A DNA stretch of 64,000 bases from Candidatus Nomurabacteria bacterium (GCA_023267435.1 JAHFNH010000004.1:1236-65235), one strand, 5' to 3'; counted from the first letter of the stretch, positions 10,143 to 19,441 are shown. The notes: generated by a model from the letters alone, not told the origin. Numbers and translations are program-made.

Positions 10143-11387
10143 ATGCAAACTCAAGAGTTAAAAAAATATAAAATTCCGGATAAGCCTGGAGTATATTTTT
10201 TCCTTAAAAATAAGGATATTTTTTATATTGGCAAAGCGACATCTTTAAAAGATAGAATAAAAAGTTATTTTAGTAATGATTTGTTTAATATGCGCGGACC
10301 TTTATTGGTGGATATGATAACCAAAGCGACAAGTATTAAATGGGTTGAAACTGATTCTGTTTTGGAAGCTCTGATTCTTGAGGCAAATTTTATCAAGAAA
10401 CATCAACCGATTTACAATACCAAAGAAAAGAGTGATAAGAGTTTCAATTATGTTTGTATTACAAGGGACACCTTACCTAAGGTAATTGTTGTTCGAGGAA
10501 AAGATTTAAATAAAAAACAAAAGAATTTTGGAGCCTTCGCCCTCGGAGGCATAAGGCAGGGAACCCACGACTCTGAAAATTCTTTTGTTTTTTACGATAA
10601 AGTTTTCGGCCCATATCCCAATGGTTCACAATTAAAAGAAGCACTAAAAATAGTGCGTCGCATTTTTCCATTTTTAGATGAAAAGAGTAAAAATAATTAT
10701 GAATTTTATAGACAATTAAAACTTGTTCCTGATGAGGGTAACTATAAGAAAAACATAAAAAATATAAAGTTATTTTTTGAAGGTAAAAAGAATAAAATCT
10801 TAAAAAATTTGGAAAAAGAAATGAGGGATTGTGCAAAAAGACATGAGTTTGAGAAAGCAGGGGAAATAAAAAAACAAATTTTTGCATTAAAACATATTCA
10901 AGATATTTCTTTAATTAAAGAAGATAAGATTACTAAAGAATTTTCTAAAGAAAATTTTCGCATTGAAGCTTATGACATAGCGCATATGAGCGGGGAAAAT
11001 ATGGTTGGCGTGATGGTGGTCATTGAAGATGGGGAAGTGAATAAAAAAGAATACCGGAAGTTTAAGATAAAAAATTACTCAAGTTCCAATGACGTTGGTG
11101 CATTAAAAGAAGTATTAGAGCGCAGGTTTGCTCATACAGAATGGATATACCCTAAACTAATGGTGATAGACGGAGGTAAGGCTCAGTTGAATATCGTTAA
11201 AAAATTCCAAAATGAAGTTGGTTTAGCAATACCAGTTGTGTCTGTGGTGAAAGACGAAAGACATAGGCCTAAAGCTATTTTAGGTGTTTCATCTGGTATC
11301 TCAGAGTCTTTGATACTTTTAGCTAATTCTGAAGCTCATAGATTTGCAATTTCGTATCATAGGAAATTACGTGGGAAGATTATATAA
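10143..11387 (+). CDS. uvrC: excinuclease ABC subunit C (UvrC), truncated form lacking the C-terminal HhH domain
   Basis: GIY-YIG motif (GVYFFLKNKDIFYIGKATSLKDRIKSYF). UvrBC-interaction motif (FEKAGEIKKQIFALKHIQ). RNase H-like endonuclease domain (RIEAYDIAHMSGENMVGVMVV...EAHRFAISYHRKLRGK). The ORF ends right after this domain. Confidence 0.8.
   Translation: MQTQELKKYKIPDKPGVYFFLKNKDIFYIGKATSLKDRIKSYFSNDLFNMRGPLLVDMITKATSIKWVETDSVLEALILEANFIKKHQPIYNTKEKSDKSFNYVCITRDTLPKVIVVRGKDLNKKQKNFGAFALGGIRQGTHDSENSFVFYDKVFGPYPNGSQLKEALKIVRRIFPFLDEKSKNNYEFYRQLKLVPDEGNYKKNIKNIKLFFEGKKNKILKNLEKEMRDCAKRHEFEKAGEIKKQIFALKHIQDISLIKEDKITKEFSKENFRIEAYDIAHMSGENMVGVMVVIEDGEVNKKEYRKFKIKNYSSSNDVGALKEVLERRFAHTEWIYPKLMVIDGGKAQLNIVKKFQNEVGLAIPVVSVVKDERHRPKAILGVSSGISESLILLANSEAHRFAISYHRKLRGKII
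10518..10587. repeat. palindromic element (AT-rich inverted arms caaaagaatttt, GC-rich core) inserted in frame in uvrC
   Basis: Arms caaaagaattttggag / ctctgaaaattcttttg are inverted complements. The core gccctcggaggc is itself a perfect palindrome. Related copies at 40132-40219 and 60207-60268. Confidence 0.75.
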
Positions 11388-11395
11388 TATTATAT

Positions 11396-12319
11396 ATGTC
11401 TCAAGATATTACTAATAAAATAAGAGTTGGAGTGTTGAGGGGTGGTGTGGATTCATGCTATAAAAAATCTTTAACAGAAGGCGGAAACGTTATAGCTCAC
11501 ATTCTTGAAAATTTATCGGATAAATATAAACCCGTTGATATTTTAATTGACACAAATGGTATCTGGCATGTGAATGGTGTCCCAATCGAACCAGAAGGAA
11601 TTGCGGGCAAAGTTGATGTTATTTGGAACACGTTACATCCTAATTTATCTAAAGTTTTTAAAGATTTATCTATTCCTATAGTTGGTGTAAATTATTTAAA
11701 TTTTTTATCACCAGATAATCGAGTTATGTTAGAAAAACACATGAAAGAAATTAATGTAAAAATGCCCAGGCATTTGATTCTTCCTTTATACAAAGAAGAC
11801 ATTGATGGAACAAAAGAAAAATATGCGACACAAAAAGCAAAAGATGTTTTTGAAAAGTTTTCTTCACCTTGGATAGTAAGGCCTTTAGTCTCTGATGTTA
11901 GTATGGGTGTTCATATAGCAAACACTTTTCCAGAATTAGTTAATGCTATAATGGATGGTATAAAACATAATCATGGAATTGTGGTTGAAGAATTAATAAT
12001 TGGAAAGTTTGCTTCGGTGCATACACTCGCTGGTTTTAGAAATAAAGATATATATTCTTTTCCAATTATTGAAAAGTTTTCTTCATTGGAAAAAGAAAAA
12101 CTTATATTTATTGCACAAAAAATATATGAACATATTGATACTAATGATTATTTGAAGACAGATTTAATTTTACATCCAACTAAAGGAATTTATCTTTCAG
12201 ATATTTCATCTTACCCTAGTTTAAGTGAAGATTCTCATTTGAATCAGTCTTGTGAATCTGTGGGTGCCAAAACTCATCATGCACTAGCTTCTATACTAGA
12301 AGCTAGTTTTAGCGAGTAA
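11396..12319 (+). CDS. ddl: D-alanine--D-alanine ligase-like ATP-grasp enzyme
   Basis: The N-terminal KIRVGVLRGGVDSCYKKSL resembles the Ddl N-terminus. ATP-grasp-sized (307 aa). Lies upstream of a secA-murE-murD-murC cluster. Confidence 0.55.
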   Translation: MSQDITNKIRVGVLRGGVDSCYKKSLTEGGNVIAHILENLSDKYKPVDILIDTNGIWHVNGVPIEPEGIAGKVDVIWNTLHPNLSKVFKDLSIPIVGVNYLNFLSPDNRVMLEKHMKEINVKMPRHLILPLYKEDIDGTKEKYATQKAKDVFEKFSSPWIVRPLVSDVSMGVHIANTFPELVNAIMDGIKHNHGIVVEELIIGKFASVHTLAGFRNKDIYSFPIIEKFSSLEKEKLIFIAQKIYEHIDTNDYLKTDLILHPTKGIYLSDISSYPSLSEDSHLNQSCESVGAKTHHALASILEASFSE

Positions 12320-12368
12320 AATATAGCTTTAATAATTAGAATATTTAACTAGCTGTTCTTTGTTTTTG

Positions 12369-12377
12369 TGATATAAT
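12369..12377 (+). promoter_or_regulatory. extended -10 promoter (TGaTATAAT) of a putative small-RNA unit
   Basis: Perfect TGnTATAAT in the intergenic region after ddl. Confidence 0.45.
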
Positions 12378-12383
12378 TTTAAA

Positions 12384-12519
12384 CGTAGAATTGTTTTTAT
12401 CTGTGGCGGGTTATCGCACTCACATAGGCACATATGTTGGAGGTTAGCCATAACCCGCCTCAAATGAAAGCAATTTTTAAAAAAACTACATTAAAGTAAA
12501 ACTTAATGTAGTTTTTTTA
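12384..12519 (+). ncRNA. candidate small RNA (~135 nt) with a 10-bp long-range stem (ggcgggttat...ataacccgcc) and an intrinsic terminator
   Basis: The promoter-to-terminator unit has no ORF. The inverted repeat at 12406-12460 encloses a 35-nt loop. Terminator ctacattaaagtaaaacttaatgtag plus T-run at 12486-12519. Confidence 0.35.
12486..12519 (+). terminator. Rho-independent terminator
   Basis: ctacattaaagt-aaaa-cttaatgtag followed by a 7-T run. Confidence 0.7.
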
Positions 12520-12774
12520 TTTTTTATCAAATATATGTTTGATGAAAAAGTTTTTATGATTTTTTATAAAAAATAAAATTATAGAGTTATCCACAGTTTT
12601 TGTTTTAAAAATGTTGTCTTATGGTTTGATATGCGCGATAATTAAATTAGTTCTCCGCAATAATTATTTTGAAAATGTTTTTTACTAAATATTTTTGAGG
12701 TCGTGATTATTGCAAACCAAATTAAAAATTTAATTTTCGCGAAATCTGTTTTTACAGATACAGCGACAAATAAT

Positions 12775-12846
12775 ATGGCAGCAAAAAAGAAAGCAAAGAA
12801 AGTGGCAAAGAAGGCCGCAAAGAAATCAGCAAAAAAGAGAGCTTAA
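12775..12846 (+). CDS. 23-aa lysine/alanine-rich micro-ORF (MAAKKKAKKVAKKAAKKSAKKRA)
   Basis: ATG at 12775, TAA at 12844. Followed by a hairpin plus T-run (12860-12890). Lies ~115 nt upstream of secA. Confidence 0.25.
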   Translation: MAAKKKAKKVAKKAAKKSAKKRA

Positions 12847-12893
12847 TACTCTTTTAAAAAATCTCTCGATGAAAATCGGGGGATTTTTTTATT

Positions 12894-12927
12894 GTGCATC
12901 TTCGGCACATCCGCCGTCGAGGCGGAT
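12894..12927 (+). promoter_or_regulatory. two GC-rich hairpins in the secA leader (tgtgc-atcttcg-gcaca; atccgcc-gtcga-ggcggat), related to the HR hairpin family
   Basis: ccgccgtcgaggcgg resembles ccgcctctacggcgg of the HR repeat. Located 36 nt upstream of the secA ATG. Confidence 0.4.
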
Positions 12928-12962
12928 TTATAATTAATGAAAATTATGTTATTATAGGGGTT

Positions 12963-15404
12963 ATGACATTATTCAGCAAAATTTTCGGGGATACGAGCTC
13001 AAAGTTCATAAAAGATGCTCAAAATATAGTGGAAAAAGTAAATGCCTGGGAGGCTGAAATTTCAAAGTTGCAGGATTTAGATTTTCCAAAAAAAACGCAA
13101 GAGTTTAAAGACAGACTCTTAAAAGATGAAACTTTAGATGATATTTTACCGGAAGCTTTTGCTTTAGTTCGTGAAGCAGGAAAGAGGTGTTTAAACGAGA
13201 GACATTATGATGTTCAGCTTGTTGGAGGCTTGGTTTTACATAAAGGAAAGATTTCTGAGATGAAAACAGGTGAAGGTAAAACTTTAGTTGCAACTTTGCC
13301 AGCATATCTAAATGCATTAACGGGTCTTGGTGTGCATATTGTTACAGTCAATGATTATCTTTCACGCAGAGATGCGGTTTTGATGGGTCAAGTATATAAT
13401 TTTCTCGGTCTTTCTGTTGGCGTTATAAATTCTCAAAATGTTTCTTATTTATATGACGCTAGTCATATTGAAGAAGACAAGGAACGTGACATTATTGGAG
13501 AATTTAAAATTTTTTATGATTTCTTAAAACCATGTTCACGACAGCAAGCTTATGCTGCAGACATTACCTACGGGACAAATCATGAATATGGCTTCGATTA
13601 TTTAAGAGATAATTTAGCGACATCAATAAATGATCTTGTTCAAAGAGAACACAATTTTGCAATCGTTGACGAAGTGGACTCTATTTTAATAGATGAAGCT
13701 CGTACTCCGCTTATTATTTCTTCTGCTTCCGGAGATTCTGAAGATTTTTATGTTAGATTTTATGAAATTGCCAAACAGCTCAAAAGAGATGTTGATTATA
13801 ATGTAGATGAAAAATTAAAGGCGATAACTTTGACTGACGAAGGTATAACTAAAGCAGAAAATTTGCTCGGTATTGAAAATATTTATACCGAAAAGGGTAT
13901 TAAATATGTGCATCATCTAGAGACTGCGGTAAAAGCTCAGGCTATTTTTGAACGTGATAAGGATTATGTTGTGAAAGAAGGTGAAGTGATTATAGTTGAC
14001 CCTTTTACTGGACGTCTTCAACCAGGCAGGCGCTGGTCTGAAGGAATTCACCAGGCTATTGAGGCGAAAGAAGGCGTAAAAATTGAAAAGGAAACACGTT
14101 CGTCTGGATCTATAACTTTCCAAAACTATTTCAGATTTTATAAAAAGTTATCAGGTATGACTGGTACAGCTTTGACTTCCGCGGAAGAATTTTTGAAAGT
14201 TTACGGTTTAGATGTAGTGGTGGTCCCAACTAATCGACCTGTTGTCCGTGCTGATCATTCAGATCTTATTTTCCAGACAGAAAAGGGAAAATTCCAAGCT
14301 ATTGCTAAAAAAGTAAAAGAGTTAAATAGTAAAGGTCAGCCAGTTCTTATTGGTACTATTTCCATTGAAAAGAATGAACTTTTGTCTGTTTACTTAAAAC
14401 AGGAAGGCGTGCCCCATACAATTTTAAATGCAAAAAATCACGAGAGAGAAGGTGAAATTATTGCTCAAGCTGGAAAAAGAGGCGCAGTGACTATTGCTAC
14501 AAACATGGCTGGTCGCGGAATCGACATAAAACTAGGTGGTAATCCAATGATTAAAGAAGAATGTGAAATTGTTAAAGATGCCGGTGGTCTTTTTGTTCTC
14601 GGTACTGAAAGACATGAAGCTCGAAGAATAGACAATCAGTTGAGAGGACGTGCAGGTCGTCAGGGAGATCCTGGTGAAACCCAGTTTTATGTTTCTCTTG
14701 AAGATGATTTGATGCGTATTTTCGGTTCTGAAAGAATAAAAACAATGATGGGACGTTTTGGTATTCCAGAAGAGCAGCCTATAGAGAATCGTTTTATCAA
14801 TAGAACCTTAGAAGGCGCACAAGCTAAAATCGAAGGTTTTCACTTTGATTCTCGTAAAAGTACTCTTGAATATGATGATGTTCTTAATCATCAAAGAGAA
14901 TCTATTTACGAGAGAAGGAGAAAAATGATTCACGCAGACAAGATGGAGATTGAGAATTTACTTCAAAAACTCACAGAAGAAAGAGAAGGTTCAGAAAAAA
15001 CAATAAAAGATAAAAGGGAAAAATTAGGAGACGAGGCTTTCCTTGAGACAGTACGAAGAATTGCATTGTATAGTACAGACGCGCTTTGGATGGAGCATTT
15101 GGAAGCGATGGATTATTTACGTTCATCTGTGAACTTAAGAGCTTACGGTCAGCGTGAACCTATTGTTGAGTATAAAAAAGAAGGGCTTAAAATGTTCAAG
15201 GAAATGGAAGAGGTCTTTGAAGATCAAGTTCTTTCATTAATTGAAACTATTACAGAGCCAGCTAAGCCTGAGAGTGCAGAACCTAAAGAAGTTCTAATCA
15301 CAAGCCATAATGAACCTTCTGAATTTTCTGATACTGAAGCAGGCAGAAATGATCCATGCCCTTGTGGAAGCGGTAAAAAATTCAAGAAGTGTCACGGGCA
15401 GTAA
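12963..15404 (+). CDS. secA: preprotein translocase ATPase SecA
   Basis: MTLFSKIFGD start. DEAD-like motor motifs. C-terminal zinc-binding CPCGSGKKFKKCHG. The track ORF begins at 12894, but the conserved SecA N-terminus starts at Met 12963. Confidence 0.92.
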   Translation: MTLFSKIFGDTSSKFIKDAQNIVEKVNAWEAEISKLQDLDFPKKTQEFKDRLLKDETLDDILPEAFALVREAGKRCLNERHYDVQLVGGLVLHKGKISEMKTGEGKTLVATLPAYLNALTGLGVHIVTVNDYLSRRDAVLMGQVYNFLGLSVGVINSQNVSYLYDASHIEEDKERDIIGEFKIFYDFLKPCSRQQAYAADITYGTNHEYGFDYLRDNLATSINDLVQREHNFAIVDEVDSILIDEARTPLIISSASGDSEDFYVRFYEIAKQLKRDVDYNVDEKLKAITLTDEGITKAENLLGIENIYTEKGIKYVHHLETAVKAQAIFERDKDYVVKEGEVIIVDPFTGRLQPGRRWSEGIHQAIEAKEGVKIEKETRSSGSITFQNYFRFYKKLSGMTGTALTSAEEFLKVYGLDVVVVPTNRPVVRADHSDLIFQTEKGKFQAIAKKVKELNSKGQPVLIGTISIEKNELLSVYLKQEGVPHTILNAKNHEREGEIIAQAGKRGAVTIATNMAGRGIDIKLGGNPMIKEECEIVKDAGGLFVLGTERHEARRIDNQLRGRAGRQGDPGETQFYVSLEDDLMRIFGSERIKTMMGRFGIPEEQPIENRFINRTLEGAQAKIEGFHFDSRKSTLEYDDVLNHQRESIYERRRKMIHADKMEIENLLQKLTEEREGSEKTIKDKREKLGDEAFLETVRRIALYSTDALWMEHLEAMDYLRSSVNLRAYGQREPIVEYKKEGLKMFKEMEEVFEDQVLSLIETITEPAKPESAEPKEVLITSHNEPSEFSDTEAGRNDPCPCGSGKKFKKCHGQ

Positions 15405-15407
15405 AAT

Positions 15408-16637
15408 ATGAGAGGATTGATAAAAAATCTTAAAATAAAAAGACGGGCGATCTCAACTCTAGCGGCGTTGCATTTTTATGGTAATCCATCAGCTAAATTA
15501 AAAATAGTCGGAGTGACAGGTACGAATGGTAAGACGACGACAGCGACACTTTTATATAAAATTGCTACTAGTTTAGGATATAAAGCAGGACTTATTGGAA
15601 CAGTAGAAAATATTTTGGTAGATGAAATTAGGCCATCGACACATACGACACCTGGGCCTATTCAACTCAACAAACTTCTTTCAGAAATGGCAGACAGGAG
15701 ATGCGAGTACGTTTTTATGGAAGTGTCTTCACATGCCATAGATCAAAAGCGCATTGCGGGAGTAAATTTTGTCGGAGGTATTTTTACAAATCTTACTCAT
15801 GATCATTTGGATTATCATAAGAGTTTCGAAAATTATTTTTTAGCTAAGAAGAAGTTTTTTGAGCATCTTCCTAAAGATTCTTTTGCTCTTTCAAATATGG
15901 ACGATGAACACGGTAAGGCGATGATTGAAAGTATTTCAGCTAGAAGATTTTTCTATGGATTTAATGGAGGCGAAGATTTTCATGGAGAAATTAATAAATT
16001 AGATTCTAAGGGATTAGAACTTATTTTTAATGAGGAAAAAATTAAGGTAAAACTTTTAGGTAAATTTAATGCCTATAATTTACTTTCAGTTTGGAGCACT
16101 GCAAAACTTTTAGGTTTTGATATGGAAAAGGTTAAAACAATTTTGGAAGATATTGATCCTCCAAGAGGTAGGTTTGATCATTTTATGTCTCCAAATGGTG
16201 TTTTAGTTGTTGTTGATTATGCTCACACTCCGGATGCATTAGAGAAGATACTTTTAGCGGTATTGGAATTAAAAATAGAAAAGGGCAGGATTATTTCGGT
16301 GTTTGGTTGCGGGGGAGATCGAGATCCTTTAAAACGAAGGATTATGGGAAAAATCGGAGTGACACTTTCTGACATAGCTATTTTTACATCGGACAATCCA
16401 AGGAGTGAAGATCCTGAAAAAATTCTTATTGAAATGAAAACTGATTTGTCTATTGCTGATTCAAAAAAAGTAAAAAAGATTTCAAACCGTCGTGAAGCAA
16501 TTCTTGAAGCAGTTCATTTAGCAAAGGAAGGGGATATAATTTTATGCGCCGGCAAGGGTCATGAAGATTATCAGGAAATAAAAGGAGTGAAGCATCATTT
16601 TAATGATTTAGAAGAACTTAAAAATGCCTTTAAATAA
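15408..16637 (+). CDS. murE: UDP-N-acetylmuramoyl-tripeptide synthetase (MurE-like Mur ligase), compact
   Basis: GVTGTNGKTTTA P-loop, DYAHTPDALEK and TSDNPRSEDP motifs typical of MurE. Confidence 0.75.
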   Translation: MRGLIKNLKIKRRAISTLAALHFYGNPSAKLKIVGVTGTNGKTTTATLLYKIATSLGYKAGLIGTVENILVDEIRPSTHTTPGPIQLNKLLSEMADRRCEYVFMEVSSHAIDQKRIAGVNFVGGIFTNLTHDHLDYHKSFENYFLAKKKFFEHLPKDSFALSNMDDEHGKAMIESISARRFFYGFNGGEDFHGEINKLDSKGLELIFNEEKIKVKLLGKFNAYNLLSVWSTAKLLGFDMEKVKTILEDIDPPRGRFDHFMSPNGVLVVVDYAHTPDALEKILLAVLELKIEKGRIISVFGCGGDRDPLKRRIMGKIGVTLSDIAIFTSDNPRSEDPEKILIEMKTDLSIADSKKVKKISNRREAILEAVHLAKEGDIILCAGKGHEDYQEIKGVKHHFNDLEELKNAFK

Positions 16638-17964
16638 TTACAAGAAAATCTTTAAGAATAAAAAAATAACAGTCATGGGATTGGGTATTTTAGGGCGGGG
16701 TCTTGGATATACTAAATTCTTGGCAGAATGCGGAGCGGATTTGATTGTGACGGACTTGAAAACAAAAAAACAATTAATAACTTCAGTGAAAGCTCTTTCT
16801 AAGTTTAAAAATATAAAATTTATCTTAGGTGAGCATAGACTGGAAGATTTTAGAGATAGAGATATGATTATCAAGGCAGCCGGTGTACCATTTGATTCTA
16901 TTTATATAAATGAAGCTAGAAAAAACAATATTCCAATTGAGATGGATGTTTCTCTTTTTGCTAAAACTGCACCGAAAGTAATGATTGTCGGCGTGACTGG
17001 CACGAGAGGGAAGTCAATGACGACAACTTTGATTTATGAAATTCTTAAAAAGAATGAAAAGTTCTTGAAAAGAAATGTTTTTATAGGAGGTAATCTTCGT
17101 GGTGTAGCTACATTGCCTTTATTAAAAAAGGTTAAAGCTGGCGATATTATAGTTTGTGAACTTGATTCATGGCAATTGCAGGGTTTTGGCGAAGCAAAAA
17201 TTTCTCCGCATATTTCTGTCTTTACTACTTTTATGCCGGATCATATGAATTACTATAAAAATAGTATGAAAAAGTATTTTGATGATAAAGCAAATGTTTT
17301 TAAATATCAGAAAAAAGAAGATACTTTAATTGTGCGTCCTGATATGAAGAAATTAATTCCGAAAGGTATTAAATCAAAATTAATAGTAGTAAACAAAAAA
17401 GATGTTTTAGGTTGGAAATTTAACGTGCCGGGGGAGCATCATCGAGAAAATTTGGCGTGTGCTGTGGCTGTGGCTAAAAATTTAGGAATTCCAGAAGTTA
17501 AAATTATCAAAGCTGTTGCTGATTTTAAAGATTTAGAAGGCCGCCTCCAGCTTTTGAAAGTGTATAAGGGTGTAAAAATATATAATGATAATAATGCCAC
17601 GACTCCCGAAGCGACTATTGCTGGAATTGAGGCATTAAAAAACGACAAGAAAAATATTGTTTTAATTTGTGGCGGAGCAGATAAAAAGCTTGATTTAACC
17701 AACTTTGTGAAAGTAGTAAATAAATACTGTAAGGCTGTGATACTAATACCTGGCACTGGAACAGATGTTTTATTAAATAACTATAAACTAAAAGTACCCA
17801 ATGAAGTTGGTAAAGATTTAAAAGATATAATAAAAAAGTCTTTAGGTCTTGCCTCAAGAGGAGATATTATTCTTTTCTCTCCAGCTTTTGCTTCATTTGG
17901 AATGTTTAATAATGAATACGAAAGAAATGATTTGTTTATGAAGATAGTTAAAAAGTTAAAGTAA
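16624..17964 (+). CDS. murD: UDP-N-acetylmuramoylalanine--D-glutamate ligase (MurD)
   Basis: N-terminal Rossmann-like ITVMGLGILGRGL, GVTGTRGKSMTT P-loop, Mur ligase architecture. Confidence 0.75.
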   Translation: MPLNNYKKIFKNKKITVMGLGILGRGLGYTKFLAECGADLIVTDLKTKKQLITSVKALSKFKNIKFILGEHRLEDFRDRDMIIKAAGVPFDSIYINEARKNNIPIEMDVSLFAKTAPKVMIVGVTGTRGKSMTTTLIYEILKKNEKFLKRNVFIGGNLRGVATLPLLKKVKAGDIIVCELDSWQLQGFGEAKISPHISVFTTFMPDHMNYYKNSMKKYFDDKANVFKYQKKEDTLIVRPDMKKLIPKGIKSKLIVVNKKDVLGWKFNVPGEHHRENLACAVAVAKNLGIPEVKIIKAVADFKDLEGRLQLLKVYKGVKIYNDNNATTPEATIAGIEALKNDKKNIVLICGGADKKLDLTNFVKVVNKYCKAVILIPGTGTDVLLNNYKLKVPNEVGKDLKDIIKKSLGLASRGDIILFSPAFASFGMFNNEYERNDLFMKIVKKLK

Positions 17965-17965
17965 T

Positions 17966-19288
17966 ATGCAACTAGATTTATCAAAAATTAAAAATGTTCA
18001 CTTTATTGGTATCGGTGGTATCGGTATTTCGGCTATTGCTCGAATGATGCTTCATGATGATAAAAATGTTACAGGTCAAGATATGCAAGAAGGTGAGGTT
18101 GTTAGAGAGCTTCGTAAAATAGGTGTTGATGTTATCATAGGCCAGTCATATGAAAATATCCCAAAAGATGTAGATTTGATTGTTTATACTATTGCAATAG
18201 ATAATTACGACCCCGAACTAGCTGAAAAAATAAAAAACCAAGATAAGATTCCCGTCAGGTCATATCCACAAATGCTTGGAGAAATAACTAAAAATAAATA
18301 TACTATCGCAATTTGTGGAACTCATGGAAAAACGACAACTACTGGAATGATTGCAAAAGTCTTATGTGATGCAAATAAAAAACCAACAGTAATTATTGGA
18401 AGCTTGTTAGCTGGAAAGACTAATTTTATTTCGGGTGAAGGTGATTTATTTGTCGTAGAAGCTTGCGAATACCGCAGATCATTTTTAAATATTAATCCAA
18501 AGATTTTAGTTGTTACAAATATTGATGAGGATCATTTAGACTATTACAAAGACATAGAAGATATTAAAGATGCATTTCGTGAGATGGCGATGAAAGTCCC
18601 AATTGATGGGTTTGTTGTCTGTAACCCAAATGATCCGAATATTACTGATGTACTAAAAAATATAAATGCTCAAGTAATAAACTATCACGATTTTTTTGAT
18701 GATCATTTGAAATTAAAAATTCCTGGTATCCACAATAGAAAAGATGCAGCCGCAGCTCAGGCGGTGGCAAATATTTTAGAAATTTCAAAAGAAGACTCAC
18801 AAAAATCTGTGGCTCAGTTTCCTGGGACTTGGAGGAGATTTGAACATAAAGGGGAGATTAAAGAGAGGGCGCAAGTTTACGATGATTATGCTCATCATCC
18901 AACAGAGATATCTGCGACCTTGGAGGGCTTTCGCGAACTTTATCCTAAAGAAGCCGGCTGGAATATAACCGTAATTTTTCAACCGCATCTTTTTAGTCGC
19001 ACAAAGCTATTATTGAATGAATTTGCTCAGAGTTTTGTCTTGGCTGACAACATTCTTTTGTTGCCGATTTACTATGCTCGAGAGGAAGATGATGGCACTA
19101 TTTCGTCAAAAATACTTTCCTATGAGATTAATAAATTTCAGAACAATCAAAACTCTCAAGCCTTTAATAGTTTTGAAGAGGCTGAAAAAGCTTTAAAACA
19201 AAGGGTCTTTACAGATAAAGATATTATTGTGACGATGGGAGCAGGGGAAGCTTTTAAGATTGGTGATGATTTGCTCAAATCTCAGTAA
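17966..19288 (+). CDS. murC: UDP-N-acetylmuramate--L-alanine ligase (MurC)
   Basis: VHFIGIGGIGISAIARMM N-terminus, CGTHGKTTTT P-loop. Confidence 0.85.
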   Translation: MQLDLSKIKNVHFIGIGGIGISAIARMMLHDDKNVTGQDMQEGEVVRELRKIGVDVIIGQSYENIPKDVDLIVYTIAIDNYDPELAEKIKNQDKIPVRSYPQMLGEITKNKYTIAICGTHGKTTTTGMIAKVLCDANKKPTVIIGSLLAGKTNFISGEGDLFVVEACEYRRSFLNINPKILVVTNIDEDHLDYYKDIEDIKDAFREMAMKVPIDGFVVCNPNDPNITDVLKNINAQVINYHDFFDDHLKLKIPGIHNRKDAAAAQAVANILEISKEDSQKSVAQFPGTWRRFEHKGEIKERAQVYDDYAHHPTEISATLEGFRELYPKEAGWNITVIFQPHLFSRTKLLLNEFAQSFVLADNILLLPIYYAREEDDGTISSKILSYEINKFQNNQNSQAFNSFEEAEKALKQRVFTDKDIIVTMGAGEAFKIGDDLLKSQ

Positions 19289-19412
19289 AACCTTGCATTT
19301 TAAGCTGAATATGACCATATTTAAGCCTTATTTGTCAAGGAGTATAGTGTAAAATACCCTTATTTTACAAGCTACTTTTCATTTGACAGATGACAAAAAT
19401 GTTGTTTAACTA

Positions 19413-19441
19413 TTGACTTTTGAACCCGGACATGCTAGTAT
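19413..19441 (+). promoter_or_regulatory. sigma70-type promoter TTGACT-17-TAGTAT
   Basis: Consensus-like -35 with a 17-nt spacer, upstream of the 19543 gene. Confidence 0.5.

Noticed and set aside
10477-10887. 136-aa minus-strand ORF inside uvrC
   Set aside because: Antisense to a well-supported uvrC; partly an artefact of the palindromic insert reading similarly on both strands.
12894-12962. N-terminal extension of the secA ORF (MHLRHIRRRGGFIINENYVIIGV)
   Set aside because: The conserved SecA N-terminus begins at Met 12963; the extension is read from two GC-rich leader hairpins.
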